Shown one piece after another: positions 41,478 through 53,699 of a DNA stretch of 64,000 nt (positions are counted from its first letter, which is position 1; the number at the start of each line of letters is the position of its first letter). Source of the DNA: Balanoglossus misakiensis (taxonomy: Eukaryota; Animalia; Hemichordata); the NCBI GenBank assembly GCA_040954595.2, contig CM082590.2, forward strand, positions 10,504,088-10,568,087, read 5' to 3'. A program made the position numbers and the translations under genes. The notes under the pieces are model-generated. The model was not told the origin of the DNA. It saw only the letters and a program-made list of their open reading frames with translations, and made no database searches.

Positions 41478-44400
41478 TTAGGATCCCTTCTCTATCCACT
41501 GCTTCAGTTCTTGACAATGCTGTTGCCAATCGTCATGGTAACATGTTTCTGCGTCTTGATCTCCTGTACCGTTACCGATCAATGTAGAATTATCTATCAC
41601 TATTTCATTGTCCACTGTATCATTTCCATAGCAACCGGTATCAGTGAGCCGATCAAATTGGCTGACATTTGAATTCATCGTGCTCACATTGGATTTCAAA
41701 GATGATTCTACAATCTGTCCTGTGGTATCTTCCGAGTTTTGTTCAATATTTTTCATATTATCAATCTTGGTCTTTTCTTTCTTCAGTTTGCTGTTTTCCA
41801 CAAGAACTCCAGCTTCTGTCTCTTTCACACTGACAGTCCCTATCGTTGTGTCAGCGTCGCTATCACTGAGGCTCTCATTGGCTTCTAAAATGTCTCCTGT
41901 TGCCAGTCTCCCATTCCACATGTCCCAGGAACCAATTCCTGGTGTGCCACCCCCTGTTGCACCAACTAAACCATCATTTGCTGCCACTGTGCCACCCCCT
42001 GTTGTAGTAACATCTTGCTCGTATGCAATACCTCTTGGTAGGCAATCATTTATTGTTGCTAGGTGACCGCCGATGGTTGCGTGGAAACCATGGTTTCTTT
42101 CCAAGCTTTCTTCACAAGTTCCTGAGTGACCATCACTTGTGAGGATACAGCATCGCGTGTCCGCATTGGTCATTCTGGACACATTAATCATATTTCTTGC
42201 TGTCATGACATTTCTGTGTTTAGGAACAGCGCCACCAGATGAAGCTTGAACGGGCTTTCCATCAGAACGAACGCGGACATCGATGTCTTCACTCCAGTAA
42301 GCCTCAGGAATGATGCAATCATTGTAGTGACCGTCAGGATTCATGTAACAATACCTTGGATAAAACAAGCAGAATTAGATGTTGCAAATATTTTGTTGAC
42401 AAATACTTGAAAGAACAACACCAGAACTAGTACAAGAACATATTGAAGGAACAATTTCACTTAGTTGATGTGTTTTTTAATTGGACAATGATGTAGAACT
42501 CAGTTGAAATTGAAGACTGATTTGTATCACTTAAAGTTTATTTATCAGAGGCATTTCAAATGAACATGGCTGTAGAAAACCCATTTAACAATTGTTTTCA
42601 AAGTCTAGTTATCTTCAAGACTTTTAGAGTAACATGGATATGCTAAAAAGCATGAACAGATGTTCGTATAATATTATGTTAAACAGTTTTCATACCATCG
42701 TTCTGGTAGTCTGTCAGTGCCTTGGGATGCAGGTAACTTTCTCCACTTGTCGCATGTATCACACTGTACCCATTGGTGTTTTTCAACGCGCGAGGATGTG
42801 CCCTTGTCCGTCTTCTTTCTAAGTTTTCTCTCCTCTCCAATGATGACCGAGTCCTTTATGATATTTGCTGGAGGTTTGATTTTGCTTCGCGAGCGCAGTC
42901 GGTTTGGAAGGGGTTCATTGTCCATGTTGACATCGCTGTATTTCTTGCGGTTGCCGGCGTAGTTCCAATCTGGGAAGTCTTCGCGACGTTGTTTCATCTC
43001 TTCGAAAAATTCATCACTGAGCGAGAGAAAGGTAGAAGAAAATTTGTTTGCAGAAACTGCTCCTAAACATTAGTTGTGATGATTCACTGTTTGCAAAAGA
43101 TTTGATGAAACCTGAACTGCATTGGAAGATCTTGTGGAGTTTGGAAAATTGTGTTTAAACCGTATAAAACCAGCTACTTACGAAAACGGTTTCTTTTCCT
43201 CACTTGTCATGCGTCTCCACTTGGCACCGAGCATACGACTGATCTCGCGATTATCCAAATTCGGGTGTTGCTCAGATATGAACCTCCTCAGACGACAGCT
43301 GAACCGAATAAAGCCATTCTGTGGTCGTCTTGGTTCTGTTTCATTTCCCTTTGCTGCTGGAGTACTTGTGACATCTGTTGACAAATTCAACAGTTATTAA
43401 AGTGGAACGTTGTGATCCGTTTTTGAGCCAATTCGGCGAAATGCGATTAAAAAGTACTATGAAAAACGTTGGTTTCATTCACTTTCACTTACGCATAACA
43501 GAGCTACAGCCAGCCAAAAACTGCGCGAACCCGGAAGTGAGTGACGTCAGCAACTGTTGTCCGCTGCCGACGCGTTGGAGCGAGCCTATGCTTATACACG
43601 CCTGCACTCACGCGACCGACGACGTTAGCATGGCAACATATTCTCGGGTAGTAGGCTACAATTTTGAACCAGAGATTCCCTTCTACGACCAAGCGACTGA
43701 ATTTTACAGAGGACAAAAGTTCGTGCAGTTCTGATCTCCGATGTGTCCCGTTTGTCAAGGCTTACACTTGGTGTGGTTTCAGTGAAACCATAGACCCTAG
43801 AGTCTATGGTGAAACAGACAATGCTGCAATTAAACAATACCCTCCCTCGTTGTCTCTCCCTCGTTGTCACCTTTTCGAACCACTTTTCTTACAAAAATAC
43901 TTTGTCACCTTTTATGGAGTTGAAGAGAACGAAGGTGCATCGTCCTGCTCTCCAGGTGTAGTACGTCCGTAGTATAATGGAAGCCAATACCATAGTTATT
44001 CTATGCATGTTTCGTCTCTTGAAATGTATTAAAACTGCCCTTTTTAGTTGCTTTCATTTGATAACTATGCGATCGTCAATAAATGGAAATTAAACCCAAA
44101 TAGGTGTACCAAAAAACGTGCAGGAAGGATTTAAAACGGTACGTTTATTATTATCAGCGGCAGTTAGAACAACTTTGTATAGGCCTTACGGTTTGTTCAT
44201 AAACGTCGACATGCATGGCATCTTGGACATTGCAGGGTCTATGTCTGCACGCATCGACAAATACAATACACGTAGAGCATTGCCTTTGAAAGAAACTTAT
44301 CCCCGTCGATTTTCCGAATATGTTTTTAAAGTCATGAACTTGACATTTCGCCATGTCAGATCCGCGCAAAATGTGTCTGTTTATTGGAAATGACACGTCG

Positions 44401-46578
44401 AACGTGTAAGAGCCCTGCGCGTCGACTGCAACGCAAGTTGCTGACGTCACAGTAGTATTTTCAACTCGCGTCTTCTGCTTGCGCAGGAAGTGAAAGTGAA
44501 TTAACCCATCGGAACGTTGCCGTTTTTGACACCCGGTTTGGACTTTGAAGCCCAAAATTGTGGGTGTCGTTCCTCTTTAAGTAATTCTCTCATTTGAAGA
44601 AAACATAACTGATCTCTATACTCCAGTAATTTCTTTTGGTAGACATGAATAGTTTCTGTGTACATTCCTGCCCATTTGTGCTGTGATTGGTTGAATCAAT
44701 GTCATGTGAGATATGTGTCATTCTGGTGGTAAATACACACAACTGTAAGTGTAATATCAGTTCATACTTTTTAAACTGTTACCTGACTAATTGACTTCCC
44801 TGTTTCTTTCCTCCAATGCTATAATATGTCTTACCTTGTGTGGGGATTGGGCATGGAGAACTGCTTTTTTTGTTCTCGTGTTCTTCCTTGATTTTCTCAA
44901 CAAGACTTGTCGGTGTATTATTTTCTTTGTCTCTACTGTCAGGTATCATACCCCTGCCATCATCATCATCACCCGTGGCAACAACATCCACTGCACCTTC
45001 AGGGATACTCTTCGCTCTGTTCCCATCTTCCTCACCATCTGCAACACTGTGACAACTGCCATTCATTTCATTGTATCCCTTTAATGTCAAAGACTCTTCA
45101 AGCTTGAGGAGTTCTCCTCCATTCTTGTCTCCACTAGTCTCACTCTCCATCATCTCATCAAGGGCCTCAACTTCACAACATCCCGTCCGCCCCAAATCTC
45201 CATCCTCACTGAGCAGTCCATCAACGTGGATCTCCTCGCAGTTTTCCATAACGTTTGCCAGCACTGGTTCCGGAATATCCGATATAACTTCATCTTCAGG
45301 TAATGTTGGCTTCGTGTCAGCACAGAGTTTTGTTTCCTCCACTAAGCAGCTGATTTCGGATGCTAACCAATCAATATAATCTGATGCTGTATTGAGGACT
45401 GCGACCTGGAGAATTAAAGTAACCAGAAAGATTATCGGTGATTCTTCAAGGAGAATAAACCCATATGCAAATTGCAGCATATCACACAAACATTCACAGC
45501 AACACATACATACATCCATACATTCATACATCATACATACACACACACACACATACAGACAGACAGACATACATACATACATCATACATACACACACACA
45601 TACATACAGACAGACATACATCATACATACACACACACACACACATACAGACAGACATACATACATCATACATACACACACACACAGACATACATCATAC
45701 ATACACACACACAGACATACATACATACATACCTTGTTCGTGTTCAGCAGGGGATCGTTTACAGGTAGCACATTCCTTAATCTTTGAAAAGTAGCGTCCA
45801 TTACAGCGTTGTAGTCATGCCTACAGATGACAGGGTATATACATGATGACTTATACAGGAAGAAGTTTGTGGAATCAAATCCGTCACCAGTCTAGAAGTA
45901 CATGTAGATGTAACCCAAACCCTTCCCAGATGGTAAGTACCCTGGATTAACAATCTTTGTATCACATTTAAATGTTCCTGTTTATGTCTTCAGATCCTGT
46001 TTTAATATACATGGAAGTAACTACTTGATTTGTAGTTTAATATTCCTACTCATTGATATGAACTTGGCAGTATAGTAGAACATTTTCATTAAATTAATAA
46101 GTTTGACTTAAAGGGGAGGCTTACGGAGATAAACTGTTTGTGTTCTGCTTGAAGGGCATCGTAGTATAGGCCCCTGTCTCTAAAACACCATTCTGGTCAG
46201 CTATACCATCACCAAATGTACAGTTTTCTGCAAGATTTCCTTCCTACAAAAAGTATATTTAAATAGCGATTTTAATACTAGTTTGCAAACAAAAAGATCA
46301 CATCATCCGGGCCCTAGAGGGCGCCATCATAGCCATATGGTAAGTTTTATAAAAAAAATAGTTTTGGTTTGATTCATTAAAGAACTTCTAATAGTTCAAG
46401 CGCCTTTGAAAATCTCAAATACCATGACCAAAACCAGTACAATAAATTTCAGCAGTCTTGAGCAATTTGTGCTGTGCATTATGAGAAATATTGTCTCATT
46501 TCCCAACTGACCTGCGAATTGTTCCTTTGCGAATGATCTTGACTTTCCTTCACAATCGAGTTTACAGACATCATTGTT
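41478..46578 (-). CDS. HLH + HMG-box + CW-type zinc finger protein (MEIOSIN/BHMG1/STRA8-like architecture plus zf-CW)
   Basis: In-frame exons 46578-46512, 46243-46125, 45820-45733, 45405-44835, 43374-43182, 43016-42696, 42354-41478; a possible first exon at 46746-46739 leaves the start uncertain. HLH: [32 protein letters not shown]: [48 protein letters not shown]: [36 protein letters not shown]. Confidence 0.85.
45500..45731. repeat. (CA)n/(CATA)n/(CAGA)n compound repeat in the intron splitting the HLH domain
   Basis: Direct reading. Confidence 0.9.
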
Positions 46579-48244
46579 CTGGAAATATTATAAATTTAAA
46601 AATTTTTGCTATAAAGATGCATAGTGGTAAACGTTCAAGTGGTTAAGATACCATGAGCCTCTCGTAAAATCAAACACAACCAGGGCAAATACCAAGCAAA
46701 CGAGACATTACTTTAGAATTAACCCGTCAGCTTACTACCTCCGCATGTCACGTTCGATTTTGACAGCGACAAAAATTTGTATTTTTTCGATTCGATTCGT
46801 TTCCTTGTTCAATTCTGCTTCACCGATGCTTTTGCAGAGTGCGTTGGCAGTTTGAGAAATCGTTTTCGTTTGTTTTACTAAAAGGGAAATAGTTCTATTT
46901 GAGTCGACAAACCATTGAATAAATTTCTGATGTTTTCTCAAGCAAATAATTATACCGATTCAGCATTAAACATTTACTTCAAGTTTTGGAGACACTAAGT
47001 AAAGTCATATTAAAATTTAAACATCTAGAAATTCTTCACACGGGTTGTAATTTCACCTGTCAGTGAAATTGATTTTTGGAACTGCATGCATGCTGTCTAT
47101 AAGGGCCATGTGGATTTGACCTCAAGACTATTTGCTCGATAATAATTCAAATCAAACCAAATATTAAGTAACTGTTGAATAATTTGATTCTTTAAATCGA
47201 TAAGACATACCTTTCAAATTGTCAACTTGTCAGAGATTAAATTCCGGGATATTAGGAAGCGAAGGCGCCAAGATGTCTGCAACAGCGTGTATCCTTGTCT
47301 ACGTGCAGACAAAACTTTGCGGGGAAATTCTTCTCATATGCAAATTATGGCGTCAAAATTGCAACATTTTGTCCCACATTTTCAATGAAAGGTCAAAATC
47401 CAGTTTGAAAATTCGGTATTTGAAGACAAATGTTTATATTTCAAATATATCGTGGCTTTCAAATATTTTCCGAACCACGGGAACCAATCAAATTCGGGAT
47501 ATTAAAATTATATTAAGTACACACTTAATAACTGTTTGTTATCTTTATTTCATGCATGTGGTATATTGCTAAAATAAAACTTCCAGAATCACGACTTCAA
47601 TACTTAGTCGGTGGAGAACGATTAATCAGTTCTTTCACCTTTCAGGATAAAAGACTAGCTGGAAATGTATGTTAGGAATATCAAAAAATCGTAAAAACTT
47701 TTTACACACTGCTGTTCATACTGAACTGTTTTTACTTCTGTGCTTGGATTAGTTACAGGTAAACGCAAAGGACAAACGGCAAAAAGATGCTTTAGATGTC
47801 ATCGTTTTGAGCCAAAGGGTAAGTTTCCATGAAACATACTTATTTATTTTCAACCAATATGAATCTCGAGTACGGAGTCATGCGAGAAACGTAGCTTCGT
47901 CACCAGAAGTGTAGACCACGTTTTACGTCATCCATAGCACCGTCATAAATTCAATACGGTTGTCATGGCGATCTTTGCACAGTTTTTCTCCTTTGCGTGT
48001 GTAACATTAATGTAAAACGCATAAATGTAAAATAGCAAAGCAAGGCACATTTTATGCTTCAAGTTTTGTTCTGCAAGTACCCGAAAATGCACTCCTGCGA
48101 AATCACGTTTTCAACAGTGATGGCGCTCTCTTTAAGCACCACTGTTTAGATTGATACGAGTCATGTTGCCAACTTTCTGCAAAAAACGGGTTTACGTCGC
48201 CGGAATTCTGGTGGAAACGTTGATGAATGTAAACTAGGAGTCTC

Positions 48245-49864
48245 TCAGGTAGCAGTGCAGTTGTCTGAAAGAGAAAAAATATGGCAATGGTGACTTAAAA
48301 TACCACATTATTAGTCAGAATATAGCCTAACACACGCACGCACGAATGAATTTAGCTAGATTAACTTACTCTGTTTTGAAAGCTAAAATGCCCTCAACAC
48401 AGCCATCGCCATAGCAACGACCAGTGTGGCACAGGCTGTAACGCTAGCAGCACCTAGGGAAAAAAAAAGAAAATTGGAATGCAGTTGTCTATATGCCTCG
48501 AGATTAGCAGATAATTTGAGATGACGTGAACTTTATAAAATTTCAAAAAGGTTGTTGACTTACCAGCAGCAGCTGTGGTTCTAACTGAAATCAAAATCAG
48601 ATAATTTTGTCAGATTCAATATGATCGATAATCTAGCAATACTAAAAACTATCGAACAAAAGCATATCGTATCCATGGTGTCTGGGTAAACAAAAGCATA
48701 AATATGTCCCCAACATTAGTCTGAATGCTGACACGGGCTCTGAAACTCTAAGTCAATTTTCAGACAACACTCATGATAGTAAAAAAAGGAATATTGGTTC
48801 CCCTGGTTGCTTGCTAGTATTTTTTTATACCAGGGCTGATCTGACAGCAGTGTTTGAAAAAGCGCCCCCCCCCCCCCCTCCGTTCACATACCTGCGGCCG
48901 TGCCTCCTCCCCCAACTGTCCCGCCTCCCCCAACTGTCCCACCTCCCCCGGCTGTTCCACCACCTCCTGCGGCAGCTGTGGTACGCACCGTAACCACGGG
49001 GACTGTTGCTTTGTAGCAATTAAAATAAAATAGGAAAGCAATATTTGTGATTTACGGTCCGTTGCATTAAATATAAGGACAGTATTAAAATCAACATTGG
49101 CCAAAGAATGAATGAAGTCGGCCAACGCGTAAACAAATATATTTTTGGATACAATCTGAAATCATTGGGCGAGGTTATAGTTGGTTTAATTTTTTTAAAC
49201 AAGTTCACGTAGAAATCAAAGTCAAAAATTACCTTGCTGTTCGGATTTGGACACAAACAGAATGACTAGAAAAACGACGAATAGACTTGCCGCCCTGGAA
49301 TGAAGAAATCGTTGTAGGAATATAAATTAGGAAGATCCGTCAACTTCATACAACCTCCGGTTCATTTCTGCACTTTCCATTTCTACTACCAAAAGGCTGA
49401 CCGGAGAAGAAGCTAAGCCATGCGCGGATTTTTTGTGCTTTCAAGTTAGGCGTGACAGCCTCGGAGCTTGGGATTTAGACATTTTACACAATTTGCGCAG
49501 ATTTGATGACCGCGGGTGTTTATAAAGCTGCAGATTCTTTTGACATTTGTGCGTATACAACCGTTTGTTAGTACAACTAGACACATTTTCAATATGGCAT
49601 GCGCCATAAAGAGCCATAGAAATTTCTGTAAATTAGATAGCTCTGCAACAACTTGTCGAGCTAAAACTTTCACTAGTAGGCAGGTCTGGTTACCATACAA
49701 GATATAAGGCGTAGCCTTCTCGCAAGAAACGAAAATCACACGGTCAATAATAGCACTTTTTTCTTCTTATTTGAAGAAAAAAGAAGAAACGGTTGCGGAT
49801 ATGTCGTTCAAGCTGCCGGGAGTCACAGCAGGTAAGTTCAATATAAGAACTCGACTTACTTCAT
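48245..49864 (-). CDS. Small secreted Gly/Thr/Ala-rich protein, 72 aa, 5 coding exons
   Basis: Exons 49864-49860, 49294-49233, 49002-48892, 48584-48564, 48264-48245 with donors GTAAGT/GTAATT/GTATGT/GTAAGT, CAG acceptors and matching phases. Product MKAASLFVVFLVILFVSKSEQQVPVVTVRTTAAAGGGGTAGGGGTVGGGGTVGGGGTAAVRTTAAADNCTAT*. Minus-strand AATAAA at 47848-47843. Confidence 0.8.
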
Positions 49865-50379
49865 CTCGGTGACTTGCGTGTATCTTCTTGAAAAGCTGTG
49901 AAAGCTGGCGAAACGCGCAATGACAGTTGGCAACCTGTCTCACACTATTTATCCCAAACTTCACTTAAGTGATTTTCGCTTTAGTGATTGGCCACCTTAA
50001 TTTTGGTTGCGTGCGCAAAGCCTCTCATCTTTCACGTTGGTTTGTTGACTATCTGTCAGTCACTCGATTGGTCGTTAGGTCGGTTGGTATGAAAGGTTTT
50101 TAATTGTATTTTTTTTTAATGAAGGCAGTCACGTAATACGGTACACCAGACACAGTATCCCTCAAGTGCCTTCTTTATTTATCCCTCGTAAAAGTCCTCG
50201 TCAAGGTCCTCAAGGGGAGTTGGCATGATTTCAGAAAAACACGACATCCATTGTCTCGGTGTCTGAAAACTTCGAAAGAATTCGTACCAATCCTTCGAAA
50301 GTCGTGAGAGTGTTTTCAAGAGTTATATTACATCAACAGAAAGTACAAACGAACTATTCATACTGGTCGTTGGACAGTA

Positions 50380-50800
50380 AAATAAGTCACGTGAATAATA
50401 GAAGCAGCTGAAAAGGTTCTACCACTTAAGAAAGTTTTTTATACGAGTCCCTTTTTGTCGGCATACCACAAACAGGCGGAATGAATTTGTAGCAAAGCAT
50501 GATCTCCTAGACACCCTTGAAAGATTTATAAAATGGAAATTTCCACCGAAAAAAAAACTGTTCCGCTACTAACACTGCCACAAACTATTGATTATTGTGC
50601 AAAACACAATGTGTGTAATCAAATGAAACGAGCTTTTTAATTTTATACTCATTGATACCATGGCAGCAGACGATTTAGGAAAGTATGTGCATAAATCTCT
50701 GTTTTAATGCTCATATATACATTCTTCCTGTTGAAAGGTAAACAAACAACACGTGAACATGTTATGCGAGTTAGCAGAATGCAATGACGTCATAGGACTT
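50380..50800 (+). promoter_or_regulatory. Putative HRG1 upstream elements: CLEAR/E-box-like sites and a CRE
   Basis: GTCACGTGA at 50386-50394, CACGTGA at 50750-50756, TGACGTCA at ~50785. Motif match only. Confidence 0.35.
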
Positions 50801-51031
50801 CAAGGTATGGGATGATGGGGCAACAGTGTGATAGATGATAACCTAACAGGTGACTAGGGGCATAGACATTGATTGTCTATGGTGGGGGGTCCGCGTCTTT
50901 ACCAACGTATATATAAGATACGGCGTATCTCAGTTACCAAAGATTAACTCAGGCATTGATTAAACTAAAGAAGTTGTATAACAATCTTCAAGACACAAAG
51001 GACAGTGACCTTTCACCTGTTGTGTTGTAAG

Positions 51032-53154
51032 ATGGCGATTAAGTGCTCTGAGGTTTTGCGTCTCCGAGTTTACCTTGCGTTTGCAATTGCCGGGGCTGTT
51101 AGCGGCGTGTGTGCCTTTATTGGGTTTTTGGCGGTGTTTATCAATTACCATGCGGCGTCTTGGGGACTAGCTAGCGGTGAGTTAAGTAGTGAGTCAGTCT
51201 CTCTATCTGTCTGTATGGTCACATAGAGCAATACTACTCACAAGAGAACTCATATTTGTTTCTTAAGTAAACATCATGCAACCCGCAGGCCACACATCAC
51301 AGGGAGACATGTGCTAAACTCCGCTGTCTATAGCTTTGTATTTTCTCATTTTCAGCGATATTTGCATCTCTAGAGTTTTTTTGTGACGGTTTGGTTCCAT
51401 TTACTTTTTGTCACCAGAAGCCAGTTTTCTTCTCATCAACTCTGGTAACAAACAAACCAGGTTTAATGTATCAAGGTATTAATCTGACGCGGTTACGTTT
51501 ATCTGATCTGTTGAAGCTATGAAAGTCACTTGACGACTCAATCAATACGCATGCATGCACATGCAACTATGTCGACAATTTCCAGACTTTGAGAATTTCG
51601 GTGATTTTGTCATTTTTGGACATTTTTCATGGGTTATAATAGCCCATGAAAATTGTCAAAAAATGACAATTTCGCGACTTTGCGAATTTCGGTGATTTTG
51701 TCATTTTTGGACATTCTCATTGGTTATAGCTCATGAAAATTGTCAAAAATGACAACTTCGCGAATTTTGGTCATTTTCGGACATTTTTCATGGGTTATAG
51801 CTCATGAAAAGTGTCAAAAATGTCAAATCCGCGATTTTGCGAATTTTGGTGATTTTGTAATTTTCGGACATTTTTCATGGGTTGGTTATAGCTCATGAAA
51901 ATTGTCAAAAATGACTTTGCGAATTTTGGTGATTTTGTCAATTTGGGATATTTCAGTAACATTTCCTGTACCCCCTCCTATACTACTGAAAAACCCTTAA
52001 ATCCAACCTCTTCACTTTCTTGGCCGAAAAGGCCTTATAGCAGGTCAAATACTGATAAAAACAAAAGAATTGAAAGATTGCCATCTGAGACTATTAAACT
52101 GAAAAATCGGCCTCAAAACCTACTTTTTGCTTATATGTTAGACTTTTCCTGGGTTCGGACAAGCAATCTAAACACTTTAGCATAACATCCGGTTTTATTT
52201 GGTGGAAAACTAAGTGAAATATTGAGAAAAACCACCTAAATTTGCCCCAAATCAACTAGCCGCTGGCAGCGTTCGAGGCTACATTTGCATGTATTTGCAT
52301 ATGCAGATATCAAGGCGAGTCCCAATACGGAAAGCGCTGGGGGGAAGAAGAAATGAATGAAATTTGCTGAAAATTACCGGGGAAATTGTGACTTTTGCAG
52401 TTGAAAAAGAGTTTATTTTACTTTCTTTATTAATTATAAATCATAAACTCATCAGTTGAGCAATATAAATACCTATTACCAGGTTCGTTCATTGCCCAAT
52501 GGCAGGGGGGGGGGGGTCTGCGCTAAACTCCACTGTCTATATGCACATTGATAGCTTTGTATTTTCTCATTTTCAGCGATATTTGCATCTCTGGTCATCG
52601 TCCTGCTCATACCACAAACGCAGTTTTTATATCAACTCTACAGAATATTACTGTATTTACAAATATTTGGTTTGGCTGTTTGCCTGGGATCAGTGGTTGC
52701 TTTCTTCGTCTACATTGCATTGGCTGCAGTGCAGCATCAAGGTAAATATTACGCGATCACCCCTATAAGCAGAATAGTTTGGCTTCATCCTCTTTATTTT
52801 CAACCACATGGACTGGTCCATGTTGAACGAAATGGGGAGGGGGTGGAATTTCTTCTTAAAACAGTATAAAAGTACATGTTCTTACTTTGCTTTTAAAAGC
52901 CTCGTAGTGTTCTTATTTCATTCAATCTGCATTTAAAGTTTATTTAGGCTGCATTGCGGGGTCTGTGGCCTTATTTCATTTAATCTGTAAAGACTGTATT
53001 TATTCTGTGTTTAATCTCCATTGCAGGTCTTGACCCCACTGGATATTACGTAGCATCTGTTTGGGCGTTCATGACAGCGAAGTGGTCTTTTGGCGTATTC
53101 TATGTGTCAAGGTCAAAGAAGAGAAAATATGAAGATGAAAACCGGTTGGTGTGA
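51032..53154 (+). CDS. SLC48A1: Heme transporter HRG1 (SLC48A1), 3 exons
   Basis: Exons 51032-51176, 52577-52741, 53027-53154 join in frame to 145 aa with four TM segments; NYHAASWGLASAIFA and YYVASVWAFMTAKWSF match HRG-family motifs. Confidence 0.85.
51578..51950 (-). repeat. Diverged array (~4-5 units) of the 88-bp satellite family in reverse orientation, HRG1 intron 1
   Basis: gggttatagctcatgaaaa...aaaaatgac is the reverse complement of the unit in 62690-64000. Confidence 0.85.
51952..52466 (+). mobile_element. ~520-bp dispersed repeat core, copy 1
   Basis: Long near-identical stretches with 62165-62689 (aaaacccttaaatccaacctcttcactttcttggccgaaaagg ... cagttgagcaatat). Confidence 0.85.
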
Positions 53155-53699
53155 CCCCCTCACGGATCCGCTGACCTTGGGTGACCTCAGTCGTCCTGGA
53201 GATGACCTTGCAGTAACCAAAGGCGAATATTACAGAAGGAAAAACCAGTTTACCACCAGAATAAAGCGTGTATCAGTTTTCATGCAATCAAAAATGTATA
53301 AAGTGTATAATTACAATTTATAATGTGGGGGAGGGGGGACAGAGATTTCTTTATGTGTCTTTGGTTCCTGCAAAATATAACGGTTATAAGCTGTGGAGTG
53401 ACTTTAGGAATATCCAACCCAACTTTATGTTTAAGGATCATTACCAATAGCTTTCAAAATAAAACTAACTGGTTGATGTTAGTGTTTGTTGTGTAGCTGG
53501 TAAAATTCTATGTTGGCGTCTATGCCCGTTTTAGTGAACTGTGTCGTCGGCCAGAAAGAGACAAGGTCACATTTCGTTCCGTTATCACTGTGACATTTGT
53601 TCTTGAGCTCACAAAATCACGTTAAGCTGACCTGTTGCCTGTTTATTCAGCTTTATTTCATCTAAATCAAAGAATTTGTTGAACTCGTGTGAACTTATT

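Noticed and set aside
44154-44575. 133-aa minus-strand ORF as an extra exon of the HLH-HMG-CW gene
   Set aside because: It overlaps the dispersed inverted element, and the flanking exons already join in phase without it.
45392-45794. His/Thr-rich plus-strand ORFs and the Cys/Val-rich part of the 340-aa minus ORF
   Set aside because: Read-through of an intronic (CA)n compound repeat; canonical splice sites at 45732 and 45406 remove it.
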